Shown in pieces: positions 47,094 to 56,449 of a stretch of 59,738 nucleotides of DNA. Numbering within the stretch: the stretch's first letter is position 1; the number at the start of each line of letters is the position of its first letter. The notes under the pieces were generated by a model. It did no database searches and was not told where the DNA came from. It saw nothing but the letters and a program-made list of their open reading frames with translations. The DNA is taken from the IMG/VR virus record IMGVR_UViG_3300032227_001215, positions 1 to 59,738 of that record. One strand, given 5' to 3'. The position numbers were made by a program, and so were the translations under genes. This DNA comes from a virus. Taxonomy: Duplodnaviria > Caudoviricetes.

Positions 47094-47943
47094 ACTATTC
47101 TACTCCATCCAAGGAGAAGGACGATACATGGGAGTGCCCAGTGTATTCCTTAGAACTTTTGGCTGTAATTTTACCTGCGATGGGTTTGGTATGCCGCGTG
47201 GAGGAAAAAGTATAGAAAGGCATAATATTGCATTTGCTCATGGCAATACTCCATATACTGATTACAAAGATCTGCCCCTTGTGAGTACAGGTTGCGACTC
47301 ATATGCCTCCTGGATGCCAGAATTTAAAGATCTAAGTCCTCTGCTTACTGTAGATGCCATTGTAGATCGCATTATGGAAATTCTCCCACACGGCGAATGG
47401 CGCGATGAACATCTGGTTATCACCGGCGGAGAACCATTGCTAGGGTGGCAACGACAATATCCAGACTTGTTAGATCATCCTAAAATGGCCAGACTAAAAG
47501 AGATCACATTTGAGACCAATGGCACCCAAACACTTACACCAAAATTTAAAGAATATTTAAGTAATTGGCGTGCTAGTATCGACGAACACGGATTTGGTTA
47601 TCCTCGAGAAGTTACATTTAGTGTCAGTGCTAAACTGCCTTGTAGCGGCGAAGAGTGGGAAGATGCTATTAAACCTAAAACGGTCTGTGAATACGAAAAT
47701 TATGGAACAGCCTATCTAAAGTTTGTTATTGCCACAGAACAAGACTTTGCCGATGCCGAACGTGCTGTTGCTGAATATCGTTCTGCCGGGTTTAAAGGGC
47801 ATGTTTATCTAATGCCAGTAGGCGGGGTAGAAAGTGTCTACTCTCTAAATAATCGAAATGTAGCCGTGCTGGCAATGAAAAACGGATTGCGATATAGTGA
47901 TCGACTTCAGGTGCCGCTTTTTAAGAACGAGTGGGGAACATAA
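47071..47943 (+). CDS. queE: 7-carboxy-7-deazaguanine synthase (radical SAM)
   Basis: ISELFYSIQGEG..GVPSVFLRTFGCNFTC...GCDS, VITGGEP, ETNG, SAK, KFVI, YLMP, RLQV. Confidence 0.88.
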   Translation: MSKLKISELFYSIQGEGRYMGVPSVFLRTFGCNFTCDGFGMPRGGKSIERHNIAFAHGNTPYTDYKDLPLVSTGCDSYASWMPEFKDLSPLLTVDAIVDRIMEILPHGEWRDEHLVITGGEPLLGWQRQYPDLLDHPKMARLKEITFETNGTQTLTPKFKEYLSNWRASIDEHGFGYPREVTFSVSAKLPCSGEEWEDAIKPKTVCEYENYGTAYLKFVIATEQDFADAERAVAEYRSAGFKGHVYLMPVGGVESVYSLNNRNVAVLAMKNGLRYSDRLQVPLFKNEWGT

Positions 47944-48308
47944 TGGAATGGTTTAAAAAACTCTTTGAAAAGAAAGTCACAGAAACACCTGCCCCTAAAA
48001 AGCAGGCTGCACCCACAGAAAAAGAAATTGCCACTGCCAACAAAGAACCCTGGGTAGCTGTACTGACCACTCATGTCAACAAAGAAAACATTCGCAACGG
48101 TTTTTTTGAACTTGATTGGAATGAATACTTTGTGCTACAATTACGAGGTGCTGGTTACACAGGCGAAACAGATGAGGCCATTGTGGATGCATGGTTTACT
48201 GAACTTTGCCGCAATGTTGGCACAGAGCAAGGTGTTGATATGGGCCGTCGTGGTTCCGGATATGTCAACCGTGCCCTACGTGATGATGGACGAACTGAGA
48301 TCTATTGA
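47943..48308 (+). CDS. Hypothetical protein
   Basis: TAATG-coupled to queE; GFFELDWNEYF motif. Confidence 0.78.
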   Translation: MEWFKKLFEKKVTETPAPKKQAAPTEKEIATANKEPWVAVLTTHVNKENIRNGFFELDWNEYFVLQLRGAGYTGETDEAIVDAWFTELCRNVGTEQGVDMGRRGSGYVNRALRDDGRTEIY

Positions 48309-49300
48309 TGAGTAAAACTTATATTCTAGTTGATACTGCAAATACATTTTTCCGTGCCCGACATGTGGTACGTGGTGATCTCAATGACAAGATTGGCATG
48401 AGTATTCACACGGTATTGAGCAGTGTTCGCAAGGCCTGGAGAGACTTCAAAGGCGATCATGTCATCTTCTGCTTAGAGGGGCGTAGTTGGCGCAAGGATC
48501 ACTATGCTCCTTACAAGCGTCAGCGAGCCGAAGCCCGTGCTGCACATAGCCCGAGGGAGGCAGAAGAAGAACGAGTATTCTGGGAAACATTTGATCAGTT
48601 TAAAGACTTTGTACTAAACAAGACCAACACCAGTGTGTTACATAATCCACAACTGGAAGCAGATGATCTCATTGCAGGCTGGATTCAAAGCCATCCCAAA
48701 GATAATCATGTTATCATCAGCACAGACGGAGACTTTGCTCAACTCATTGCTCCCAATGTACGTCAGTATAATGGTATCATGGGTGTCACTACTACACACG
48801 AAGGCTACTTCGACGAGAAAAATAAACCAGTAATTGATAAAAAGACCAAAGCAGTAAAACCGGCGCCTGAGCCAGAATGGTTGCTGTTTGAAAAATGTAT
48901 GCGCGGCGATACCAGCGATAATATCTTCAGTGCCTATCCCGGTGTGAGAGAAAAGGGAACTAAAAATAAAGTGGGACTACGAGAAGCATTTGCCGACAGG
49001 AGTAACCGTGGTTACAACTGGAATAATATGATGCTACAGCGATGGGTCGATCACGAAGGTGTCGAACATCGTGTGCTGGACGATTATCAGCGCAATGTTC
49101 AACTATGTGACCTTACAGCACAGCCTGCCGAAATTAGAACCCTCATACAAGAAACAATAGATCAAGAAATACAAAAAGGTAAAAATATTCCACAGGTAGG
49201 AATAAGATTACTTAAATTCTGTGCGGCATTTGACCTACAAAAAATTAGCGAACAGGTCGAAAGCTATGCGGAACCACTTAATGCAAGGTATGCTCAATGA
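48308..49300 (+). CDS. 5'-3' exonuclease / T4 RNase H-like FEN/PIN nuclease
   Basis: ILVDTAN, SWRK...YKRQR, EADDLIA, ISTDGDFAQL, GDTSDNI. Confidence 0.9.
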   Translation: MSKTYILVDTANTFFRARHVVRGDLNDKIGMSIHTVLSSVRKAWRDFKGDHVIFCLEGRSWRKDHYAPYKRQRAEARAAHSPREAEEERVFWETFDQFKDFVLNKTNTSVLHNPQLEADDLIAGWIQSHPKDNHVIISTDGDFAQLIAPNVRQYNGIMGVTTTHEGYFDEKNKPVIDKKTKAVKPAPEPEWLLFEKCMRGDTSDNIFSAYPGVREKGTKNKVGLREAFADRSNRGYNWNNMMLQRWVDHEGVEHRVLDDYQRNVQLCDLTAQPAEIRTLIQETIDQEIQKGKNIPQVGIRLLKFCAAFDLQKISEQVESYAEPLNARYAQ

Positions 49301-49776
49301 CATCAACAGCAAAAAATCTAATACCAAATAAAGAATGGTTGGTAAAATACGGCGAAGAAAAGATCGGCAGTATTTCTAAAGAGAAACGAGGATATGCATT
49401 TTTAAGAAATGGACGTAAGATTTCTTTTAAGAATTTATCCGAAGTTAAATCTCAATTGGGCATTGCACTGTTTGAAGATAATATTAAAAAACTCAAACCA
49501 GAGAAAGAGGATAAAAATTACGCTATCTACGATTATCCCTGTAAGACCAAACCCTACGATCCGGTATATAATTTAAAAAATCGATTGCCGCTGTATGTTA
49601 AAAATCTCAAAAGTAAAAGTAGATACTGTGCCGGATATTATCTAATTGAATTTCGCAAAGGGTGGACCAAAGCCTATTGTCCTAAACTGATTACACTACA
49701 AAGATATCCTTATCAAGGACCGTTTAAAACTGAAGAAGAGATGAAACAGCGGTTAAATACATCAAATAAATCATGA
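49297..49776 (+). CDS. Hypothetical basic protein
   Basis: ATGA-coupled ORF. Confidence 0.78.
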   Translation: MTSTAKNLIPNKEWLVKYGEEKIGSISKEKRGYAFLRNGRKISFKNLSEVKSQLGIALFEDNIKKLKPEKEDKNYAIYDYPCKTKPYDPVYNLKNRLPLYVKNLKSKSRYCAGYYLIEFRKGWTKAYCPKLITLQRYPYQGPFKTEEEMKQRLNTSNKS

Positions 49777-49994
49777 AAGAACTAAACACACTGCCTATTG
49801 AAGATTTTTTAAATCGTGCTCGTGTTGCTATCAAAAGCAATCAGCGCGATCTCACATTGTCTATCAAAGAAGTAACCGATTTACAAAATAGTCTCAGTGT
49901 AGTAATGACACGATTAGCAGGTGATTTGGATCAAGTAATGACCAATATGCCATCGGGAGATATTGAAATCCGCATGAATGGTGGAAAATTTTAA
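49773..49994 (+). CDS. Hypothetical protein
   Basis: ATGA-coupled ORF. Confidence 0.72.
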   Translation: MKELNTLPIEDFLNRARVAIKSNQRDLTLSIKEVTDLQNSLSVVMTRLAGDLDQVMTNMPSGDIEIRMNGGKF

Positions 49995-50038
49995 CAAAAT
50001 GGGCTAAATATAGTTGTCATTTGGAGAACTATATCGTC

Positions 50039-50338
50039 ATGAGCCGACCTAAACCCACAGTAATACTGGAAAATACCAATAAAAAAACTTTTAAAGTAGA
50101 ACAAGTTTTAGAGGCAGAAGCAATCTGGGCTGTTTTTTATCAAGATAAACCTATCAATCTAAAAACCAGTAGCATGGTAGCACAACATATCGGTCCTAAA
50201 TATAAAAAGGTCAGTTTTTCCAATGCTGGCCATGCACATAATCTCGCAGTAAAAATGAATAAATTATTCAATACACAAGACTTTTCTGTATATAAACTAA
50301 CCACCGGTGAACGGGTCACCAATGAATCAAAAGATTGA
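50039..50338 (+). CDS. Hypothetical protein (MSRPKP N-terminus)
   Basis: GGAG RBS and CTAAATA at 50004 upstream. Confidence 0.78.
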   Translation: MSRPKPTVILENTNKKTFKVEQVLEAEAIWAVFYQDKPINLKTSSMVAQHIGPKYKKVSFSNAGHAHNLAVKMNKLFNTQDFSVYKLTTGERVTNESKD

Positions 50339-50711
50339 AATCACACGCTATGCGGCAGAACAATTAGGACTGCCAACAGATGATCGCAGCATAAGAAATC
50401 ACAAAAGACTTTGGTGGCAAAATTTAAGAATTAAGGATCGGGGCGGATTACAACTTACCACTGCTGGGTATAAAACACTGGTTCAAGCCGGAATCAGAGA
50501 TCTCAAAGTCAAATATGATGCTGAATTTGAGTACAATAACCAATTTATACTCATGTTGGACAATCACATAGAAGTCCCCTGGTATATTACCCCCAAAGCC
50601 ATTCATGTGTTCAATGATCGACTGGCTGTTCAATTGGTGTTGTTTTCCGGCAACATTGAACGGCTTATACGGGCTAAAATAGCCAGCAACTTGACAGAGA
50701 CCACAGTTTAA
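50322..50711 (+). CDS. Hypothetical protein
   Basis: ORF overlapping the previous gene; ATG at 50322. Confidence 0.72.
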   Translation: MNQKIEITRYAAEQLGLPTDDRSIRNHKRLWWQNLRIKDRGGLQLTTAGYKTLVQAGIRDLKVKYDAEFEYNNQFILMLDNHIEVPWYITPKAIHVFNDRLAVQLVLFSGNIERLIRAKIASNLTETTV

Positions 50712-50719
50712 GGTATAAT
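50691..50719 (+). promoter_or_regulatory. Perfect sigma70 consensus promoter TTGACA-17-TATAAT
   Basis: Exact consensus upstream of the MoxR-like ATPase. Confidence 0.88.
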
Positions 50720-50783
50720 AGATACATGTTGAAGCAGTAGGCAATCAACATTACAAATTACCAACTAAACTGAGAGTTTTTAA

Positions 50784-51863
50784 ATGTCAGAGAAAATTTC
50801 CGCAAATCGCACTGTTAGCCCAAACGAGGCCAAGCGTAGCATTCGCAAGTGCGTTAAAATTCAGCGCCCTGTGTTCATGTGGGGTCCTCCGGGCATCGGC
50901 AAAAGCGATATTGTCAAACAAGTCGGCGACGAGTTTGAACGTGGGGTTATCGATGTGCGATTGAGCCTTTGGGAACCCACCGATATCAAAGGTATCCCTT
51001 ATTACAATAGCGACCAAGGCACAATGACCTGGGCACCACCGTCAGAACTGCCTACTGACCCAGATAGCACTGATATCCTGTTCCTGGACGAGCTTAACTC
51101 GGCTGCTCCGGCAACCCAGGCTGCTGCTTATCAGCTGATTCTCAATCGTCGAGTTGGCACCTATGTTCTTCCCAAAGGTGTTGCTATTGTAGCAGCCGGT
51201 AACCGTGAAACCGACAAAGGCGTTACTTATCGTATGCCGGCTCCGTTGGCAAATCGCTTCCTGCATATTGAACTTCGTAGCGACTACGATGATTGGCTTC
51301 AGTGGGCCACGCTGAACAAAGTCCACGAGCAGGTAGTCGGCTACATCGGCTTTGCTAAACAGGATCTTTACGACTTTGATCCAAAAAGCACAAGCCGCTC
51401 GTTTGCTACTCCACGTAGCTGGTCCTTTGTTAGCGAACTGCTGGAGGACGATGACTTGAGCGAAAGCACACTAACTGACTTGGTTGCAGGTGCAGTCGGC
51501 GAGGGTCTTGCTGTTAAGTTCATGGCACACCGCAAGGTTGCCAAGCAGATGCCCGATCCAACAGATATTCTCCACGGCAAGGTCAAAGTCTGTGCTATTA
51601 AAGAAATTTCAGCCATGTATTCACTTACTGTGAGTATGTGCTACGAACTTCAGGCTGCATATGAGAAAAAAGTTAAGGATTGGGATCCTATGGCAGACTG
51701 CTTCTTTGGGTTTATGATGGACAATTTCCCAACTGAATTGGTTGTGATGGGGGCCAAGACGGCCTTGACCACATACAAACTGCCGTTCGATGCTAGCAAG
51801 TTGAAGAACTTCGACCGCTTCCATGAAAAGTATGGTCGCTATATTCTCCAAGCAATGGAATAA
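50784..51863 (+). CDS. MoxR-like AAA+ ATPase
   Basis: GPPGIGKS, LFLDELN, VAAGN, LANRF, TPRSW. Confidence 0.88.
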   Translation: MSEKISANRTVSPNEAKRSIRKCVKIQRPVFMWGPPGIGKSDIVKQVGDEFERGVIDVRLSLWEPTDIKGIPYYNSDQGTMTWAPPSELPTDPDSTDILFLDELNSAAPATQAAAYQLILNRRVGTYVLPKGVAIVAAGNRETDKGVTYRMPAPLANRFLHIELRSDYDDWLQWATLNKVHEQVVGYIGFAKQDLYDFDPKSTSRSFATPRSWSFVSELLEDDDLSESTLTDLVAGAVGEGLAVKFMAHRKVAKQMPDPTDILHGKVKVCAIKEISAMYSLTVSMCYELQAAYEKKVKDWDPMADCFFGFMMDNFPTELVVMGAKTALTTYKLPFDASKLKNFDRFHEKYGRYILQAME

Positions 51864-51889
51864 AATAGGGCCCGCAAGGGCCTTATTTT
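51862..51889 (+). terminator. Intrinsic terminator with GCAA tetraloop
   Basis: AAAATAGGGCCC-GCAA-GGGCCTTATTTT. Confidence 0.8.
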
Positions 51890-51890
51890 C

Positions 51891-51919
51891 TTGACAGATT
51901 AAATATATCTGTGTATAAT
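51891..51919 (+). promoter_or_regulatory. Perfect sigma70 consensus promoter TTGACA-17-TATAAT
   Basis: Exact consensus directly after the terminator. Confidence 0.88.
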
Positions 51920-51951
51920 AGAATACATATAGTTAGATAACGGAGAAAAAC

Positions 51952-53208
51952 ATGTCATCAGTAATGAAATCCGAGAAGACCAAGAAAATTGTTCCTAAGA
52001 ACTTTACTCAGGCAGAAAAGAATAAGATTGTAGAAAAATTGGTAACCGCTCGTATTGGGCTGTTGCTTCGGCATCCATTCTTTGGCAATCTTGCTACTCG
52101 TATGCAACTTATTGATGCCACCGACTGGTGTTCTACACTGGCCACAGATGGTCGTCGCTTTTATTACAATAACGACTTTGTCAACAAACTGACCCCAAAA
52201 CAGGCCGAGTTTGGCTTTGCACACGAAGTGCTACACAATGTGTTTGATCACATGGGGCGACGTGATAAGCGGCATCCTGTATTAAGCAACATTGCTGCTG
52301 ACTATGCTGCCAATCAAATCCTCAAAGATGAGCGCATTGGTGAAGTGCCGGATTGGATCAAAATCTACCAAGATAACAAATACCGTGGTAAGTCCTACGA
52401 GGAGATCTACGACGATCTTTACGAAAAGGCCGAAAAGATCAACGTAGAAGATCTTGGCGAACTATTGGACGAGCACCTTGACGGAGATGAAGACGGTGAC
52501 AGTGAAGACGGCGATAAGGAAGGCAAGAGCAAGCGTCCTAAACTCAGTGCCGAAGAACGCAAGAAAATTCGCGATGAGATTAAAGAAGCAGTGGTAGCTG
52601 CCGCACAGGCTGCAGGCGCAGGTAAAGTGCCGGCAGGTATTGCACGTATGATCAAAGACTTTACCGAGCCTAAAATGAATTGGAAGCAGATGTTGCGTAT
52701 GAATATCCAAAGTATTCTCAAAAGCAACTTCAGCTTCAACCGTCCTAATCGTAAGAGTCAGCATTGCGGTGCTGTATTACCCGGAATGATGAACGAAGAA
52801 ACCATTGATGTAGCCTGCGGTATTGATATGAGTGGTAGTATTACCAATGTAATGGGCAAAGACATGATCAGTGAAATCAAAGGTATCATGGAAGAATACA
52901 AAGATTTCAAACTGAAACTTTGGTGCTTTGATACCGATGTTTATAACTATGCAGAATTTACCGGCGATAATGCCGACGATATCAACGAGTATGAATGCAA
53001 GGGCGGCGGCGGGACTGACTTTGAAGCCAACTGGACGTTTATGAAAGAACACGGTATTGAGCCAAAGAAGTTTATTATGTTCACGGATGGATTGCCTTGT
53101 GGCGGGTGGGGTGACGAACACTATTGTGATACATTGTTTATTATTCATGGCAATAATACCATTGTTTCACCGTTTGGTCAATACGCCTACTACGACGATG
53201 TAAAATAA
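51952..53208 (+). CDS. Metallopeptidase-like (HExxH) plus VWA domain protein (DUF2201-type), MoxR partner
   Basis: ATDG, AHEVLH; MIDAS motifs IDMSGS, GGGGTDF, MFTDG. Confidence 0.85.
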   Translation: MSSVMKSEKTKKIVPKNFTQAEKNKIVEKLVTARIGLLLRHPFFGNLATRMQLIDATDWCSTLATDGRRFYYNNDFVNKLTPKQAEFGFAHEVLHNVFDHMGRRDKRHPVLSNIAADYAANQILKDERIGEVPDWIKIYQDNKYRGKSYEEIYDDLYEKAEKINVEDLGELLDEHLDGDEDGDSEDGDKEGKSKRPKLSAEERKKIRDEIKEAVVAAAQAAGAGKVPAGIARMIKDFTEPKMNWKQMLRMNIQSILKSNFSFNRPNRKSQHCGAVLPGMMNEETIDVACGIDMSGSITNVMGKDMISEIKGIMEEYKDFKLKLWCFDTDVYNYAEFTGDNADDINEYECKGGGGTDFEANWTFMKEHGIEPKKFIMFTDGLPCGGWGDEHYCDTLFIIHGNNTIVSPFGQYAYYDDVK

Positions 53209-53501
53209 TGGCATTAAGCAGAGGTGAGATAAATCCGTTAAGTGCCTTGGGGGCGAGAAAATTAGACTTTATCCCCAAGCATTTTGCTTGTATTCAAACA
53301 TCTACTGATATAGATATCAAATTATTAGACCACTGGATTAACTACAACTTAAATAGTAGGTACGCAATTAAGAGAACCTTAAGCATTGATCAAACAAATA
53401 AAATGATCAGCGTGACGGAAATTGGCATAGAGGATTCCAGGGAGATCACTATGCTATCACTAGCATGTCCCTATTTACACAACAAAAAGGAATATTTTTA
53501 A
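53208..53501 (+). CDS. Hypothetical protein
   Basis: TAATG-coupled ORF. Confidence 0.72.
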   Translation: MALSRGEINPLSALGARKLDFIPKHFACIQTSTDIDIKLLDHWINYNLNSRYAIKRTLSIDQTNKMISVTEIGIEDSREITMLSLACPYLHNKKEYF

Positions 53502-53502
53502 A

Positions 53503-53763
53503 ATGGATGATCAAGCACAAGTAACAACAGAAACCGAAGCCGGTGTCGAGGCACCTGCTGCTCCTACTCCTGAACTTAGTATCAGCGACCTTCAAAATCT
53601 ACGTGCCATTGTAGATACCGCAGCACGTCGCGGCGCTTTCCAGGCAACAGAAATGTCTGCCGTTGGTGCAGTTTTTGATCGTGTCAATGCATTTCTAAAT
53701 GCTGTAGCACCTGCTGCTCCGGCTCAGTCTGAAGAAGTCCCTGCAGAAGCAGTTGCAGAATAA
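53503..53763 (+). CDS. Hypothetical protein
   Basis: Packed ORF with LSISDL...AARRGAF core. Confidence 0.75.
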   Translation: MDDQAQVTTETEAGVEAPAAPTPELSISDLQNLRAIVDTAARRGAFQATEMSAVGAVFDRVNAFLNAVAPAAPAQSEEVPAEAVAE

Positions 53764-53775
53764 TTAGGAGTTCGC

Positions 53776-54354
53776 ATGAAACACACGGGAAAAATGAAAA
53801 ACAATGGCGCAAAAGTTGTCATTGCCTATCGAACTTTGCCTGGTGATCCGCTCAGTGCTTTGGTGGTAGGAACTAATGTGTTAGGTGATACCTATCACGA
53901 TAGTCTTATGAATTTACTTCAAACCAATGAAGCACAGGCAGCCAATGAACTGGCCGACATTTTATCAGTTCGCAGGTTTCCCGATGGCAGTAACATGCTA
54001 GAGTGGTTTCATGTAAACGGTCACCTTAAAAAGGTTCCTACCAACGGTGTGCTGGTAACTCCTACTCCTCAAAGCAGTGTTCCACTGGATGAACTCAATG
54101 TTATCATTGCCGAACAAAAAGGTGTAGCACTCGAGGACTTGGCCATCACCGATGGTAAGAACCCTAATCCTAAATCTGCAAAATCACCTGTTGTAGAAAC
54201 AGTCGTAGAAACCCACAGTCCTGCCGACATGCGTAAACGCGCCGACGAGCTGTTTGCCGAAGCTCAACAGTTACGCAAACAAGCAGACGAATTAGATCCT
54301 CCCAAAAGCAAAGTCAAAAAAGTTACTGTAAAGGCCGATGCAACAGTATCTTGA
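53776..54354 (+). CDS. Hypothetical protein
   Basis: AGGAG RBS; 192 aa. Confidence 0.8.
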   Translation: MKHTGKMKNNGAKVVIAYRTLPGDPLSALVVGTNVLGDTYHDSLMNLLQTNEAQAANELADILSVRRFPDGSNMLEWFHVNGHLKKVPTNGVLVTPTPQSSVPLDELNVIIAEQKGVALEDLAITDGKNPNPKSAKSPVVETVVETHSPADMRKRADELFAEAQQLRKQADELDPPKSKVKKVTVKADATVS

Positions 54355-55210
54355 TTGTCTTGCGCAGGTTCTAGAAAACGGAGAGACCCGGCCTGATCGC
54401 ACAGGTACGGGTACTCTCAGTATTTTTGGATTACAGATGAGGTTTAATTTAGAGGATGGGTTTCCTGCAGTCACTACTAAACGACTTGCCTGGAGATCAG
54501 TTGTTTCCGAACTGCTATGGTTTATTGAAGGTAGCGGGGATGAATATCGTCTCCGCGAAATACTGCACGGCGAAAGATACACTGAAAAAACAACCATTTG
54601 GACAGACAATGCCCGAGCTGATTATTGGGTCAATAAACGACTGCAACGTCATCCGGGTGATCTAGGTCGAGTCTACGGTGTTCAATGGCGTAGATGGCGT
54701 AAACCTTTGGTTAAAATCAACAAGGTTGTTCTTCAAAATCATGACCAATTGTTGGAACTAATTGCCGGTATTAAATCAGATCCTTATAGTCGTCGACACA
54801 TTATTACAGCATGGAACCCTGGAGAATTGGACTTAATGGCATTACCACCATGTCATATGATGTCTCAGTTTTATGTCAGTAACGGACGACTGAGTTGCCA
54901 AATGTATCAGCGCAGTGCGGACATGTTTTTGGGAGTGCCGTTTAACATTGCTAGTTATGCACTGTTTACACACATGATAGCCCAGGTCTGTAATTTAGAC
55001 GTAGGTGAGCTGATTATCACATTTGGCGATGCTCATATCTACAATAATCACATTGCACAAGTTAAAGAACAATTATCTAGGAAGCCTTTAGCACTACCGA
55101 CACTATTGTTAAATCCAGAAATTAGTATTATTACCGACTTTGGTATGGAAGACATTGAGCTGGTTGGTTACGAAAGCCACGGTACAATAGCAGCATCGAT
55201 GGCTGTTTAA
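54338..55210 (+). CDS. thyA: Thymidylate synthase
   Basis: DRTGTGT, ELLWF, LGRVYGVQWR, SRR, MALPPCH, YQRSADMFLGVPFNIASY, GDAHIY. Confidence 0.97.
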   Translation: MQQYLDCLAQVLENGETRPDRTGTGTLSIFGLQMRFNLEDGFPAVTTKRLAWRSVVSELLWFIEGSGDEYRLREILHGERYTEKTTIWTDNARADYWVNKRLQRHPGDLGRVYGVQWRRWRKPLVKINKVVLQNHDQLLELIAGIKSDPYSRRHIITAWNPGELDLMALPPCHMMSQFYVSNGRLSCQMYQRSADMFLGVPFNIASYALFTHMIAQVCNLDVGELIITFGDAHIYNNHIAQVKEQLSRKPLALPTLLLNPEISIITDFGMEDIELVGYESHGTIAASMAV

Positions 55211-56448
55211 ACCACCAAAACTTCTATAACCCCAAAGCCCTCGGATTGCGATCCCAGGGCTTTTCCTATCACAGCATTGGGACTATCACCTATACTCCAT
55301 GCTTCCGCATGCCCTGGAATAGAGCTGGTTACCAATAGATCACCTTTTTTCACAGTGCCAAAAATCTTACAAAAAACACGACCTTTTAAGGCAATATAGG
55401 GATGAGTTTCGTCCGTTCCGGCACCAGAATTCATCATATATGCCGGATTTTTACTCACTATTCCAATCACTGCTGTATTGGCCTTAACATTGGTTGTTGT
55501 GACTTCTTTTTCCCCGCCTATTACGAGAACAGTTCCCACTTCATATGAGTTGTCTGATTCATATCTTTCTGCTAAGTCTGCATAATATGCAGAGGAAGCG
55601 ATAGTATCTAATACACCAGTCGCTGCATTATAACTGAAAGAACTGGTAGATGCTATAACAGTGGAATTGCCACTATAAGTATTTACAAAAGGAACATAAA
55701 ATTTTCCCGAAACTGTTGGTGTAACTGTGATTCCTGTTGTAGCAACTGACGTCAGTGCTTCAGCTGCTGTTCCCCAAAAATAATAATCATTTGCACGGCT
55801 GGATCCGTTTTCATCACACCCGGCCAGTGTTATGCCTTTCCTAATACCTTTACTAAAATCTGGCTTGCCGGTTGAACTATTAAGATCAGAGTTAGATACC
55901 CTTATGGTAGAAGTAGTTATTAACTCCGAAAAGGCTGTAATAACAACAGCAGGTCTGCCGTTTAGATTGCCTTTAATGAAAGGAATACTATATGGAGTAC
56001 TATTATTAATATAGGTCTCTTCGGTAAATGTCCAAGATGATTTAGCAGATGAAACTACGGTAGGCCCCACTGTTAAATAACTGGAACCATTGAATGCCTT
56101 TAATTGATTATTAGCAGTATCCCACCATAACTCGCCTTGAATAGAAGCAATAGGTGTAGCCGATTGAACTCGCAGTGTTGCTAACCCTTTAAAGTTTTTT
56201 CCATCATAACATACATTTAATCTTCTTTGATCACCGGTACTATTGAACCAAAGTTGCCCCATTAACGGACGACTAGGAGGAGTGGTATTAGAAAAATTCT
56301 CTAATAATTTTAGTAAATTTTCGTTGATAATTTCGCCGTAACCGGAATAATTCCTACCGACAAAACTCAAACTAGTAGTAAGGTCTAAACTGGCATCTTC
56401 TAATACAACGAGTTTGGTTCCATTTGTTTTGTTTAAAATATAAGGCAT
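55207..56448 (-). CDS. Baseplate/tail structural protein with a C-terminal ADLAE chaperone-like domain
   Basis: N-terminal GRNYSGYGE...LLENF...GQLWF; C-terminal YADLAERY...GIVS.NPAY.MN...ALKGRV...KKGDLLV. Confidence 0.7.
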   Translation of the reverse strand: MPYILNKTNGTKLVVLEDASLDLTTSLSFVGRNYSGYGEIINENLLKLLENFSNTTPPSRPLMGQLWFNSTGDQRRLNVCYDGKNFKGLATLRVQSATPIASIQGELWWDTANNQLKAFNGSSYLTVGPTVVSSAKSSWTFTEETYINNSTPYSIPFIKGNLNGRPAVVITAFSELITTSTIRVSNSDLNSSTGKPDFSKGIRKGITLAGCDENGSSRANDYYFWGTAAEALTSVATTGITVTPTVSGKFYVPFVNTYSGNSTVIASTSSFSYNAATGVLDTIASSAYYADLAERYESDNSYEVGTVLVIGGEKEVTTTNVKANTAVIGIVSKNPAYMMNSGAGTDETHPYIALKGRVFCKIFGTVKKGDLLVTSSIPGHAEAWSIGDSPNAVIGKALGSQSEGFGVIEVLVV

Positions 56449-56449
56449 A

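Noticed and set aside
54338-55210. thyA as a dCMP/dUMP hydroxymethylase supplying the glycosyltransferase acceptor
   Set aside because: It retains canonical ThyA motifs including the dUMP-specifying Asn in PFNIASY, so it looks like an ordinary thymidylate synthase
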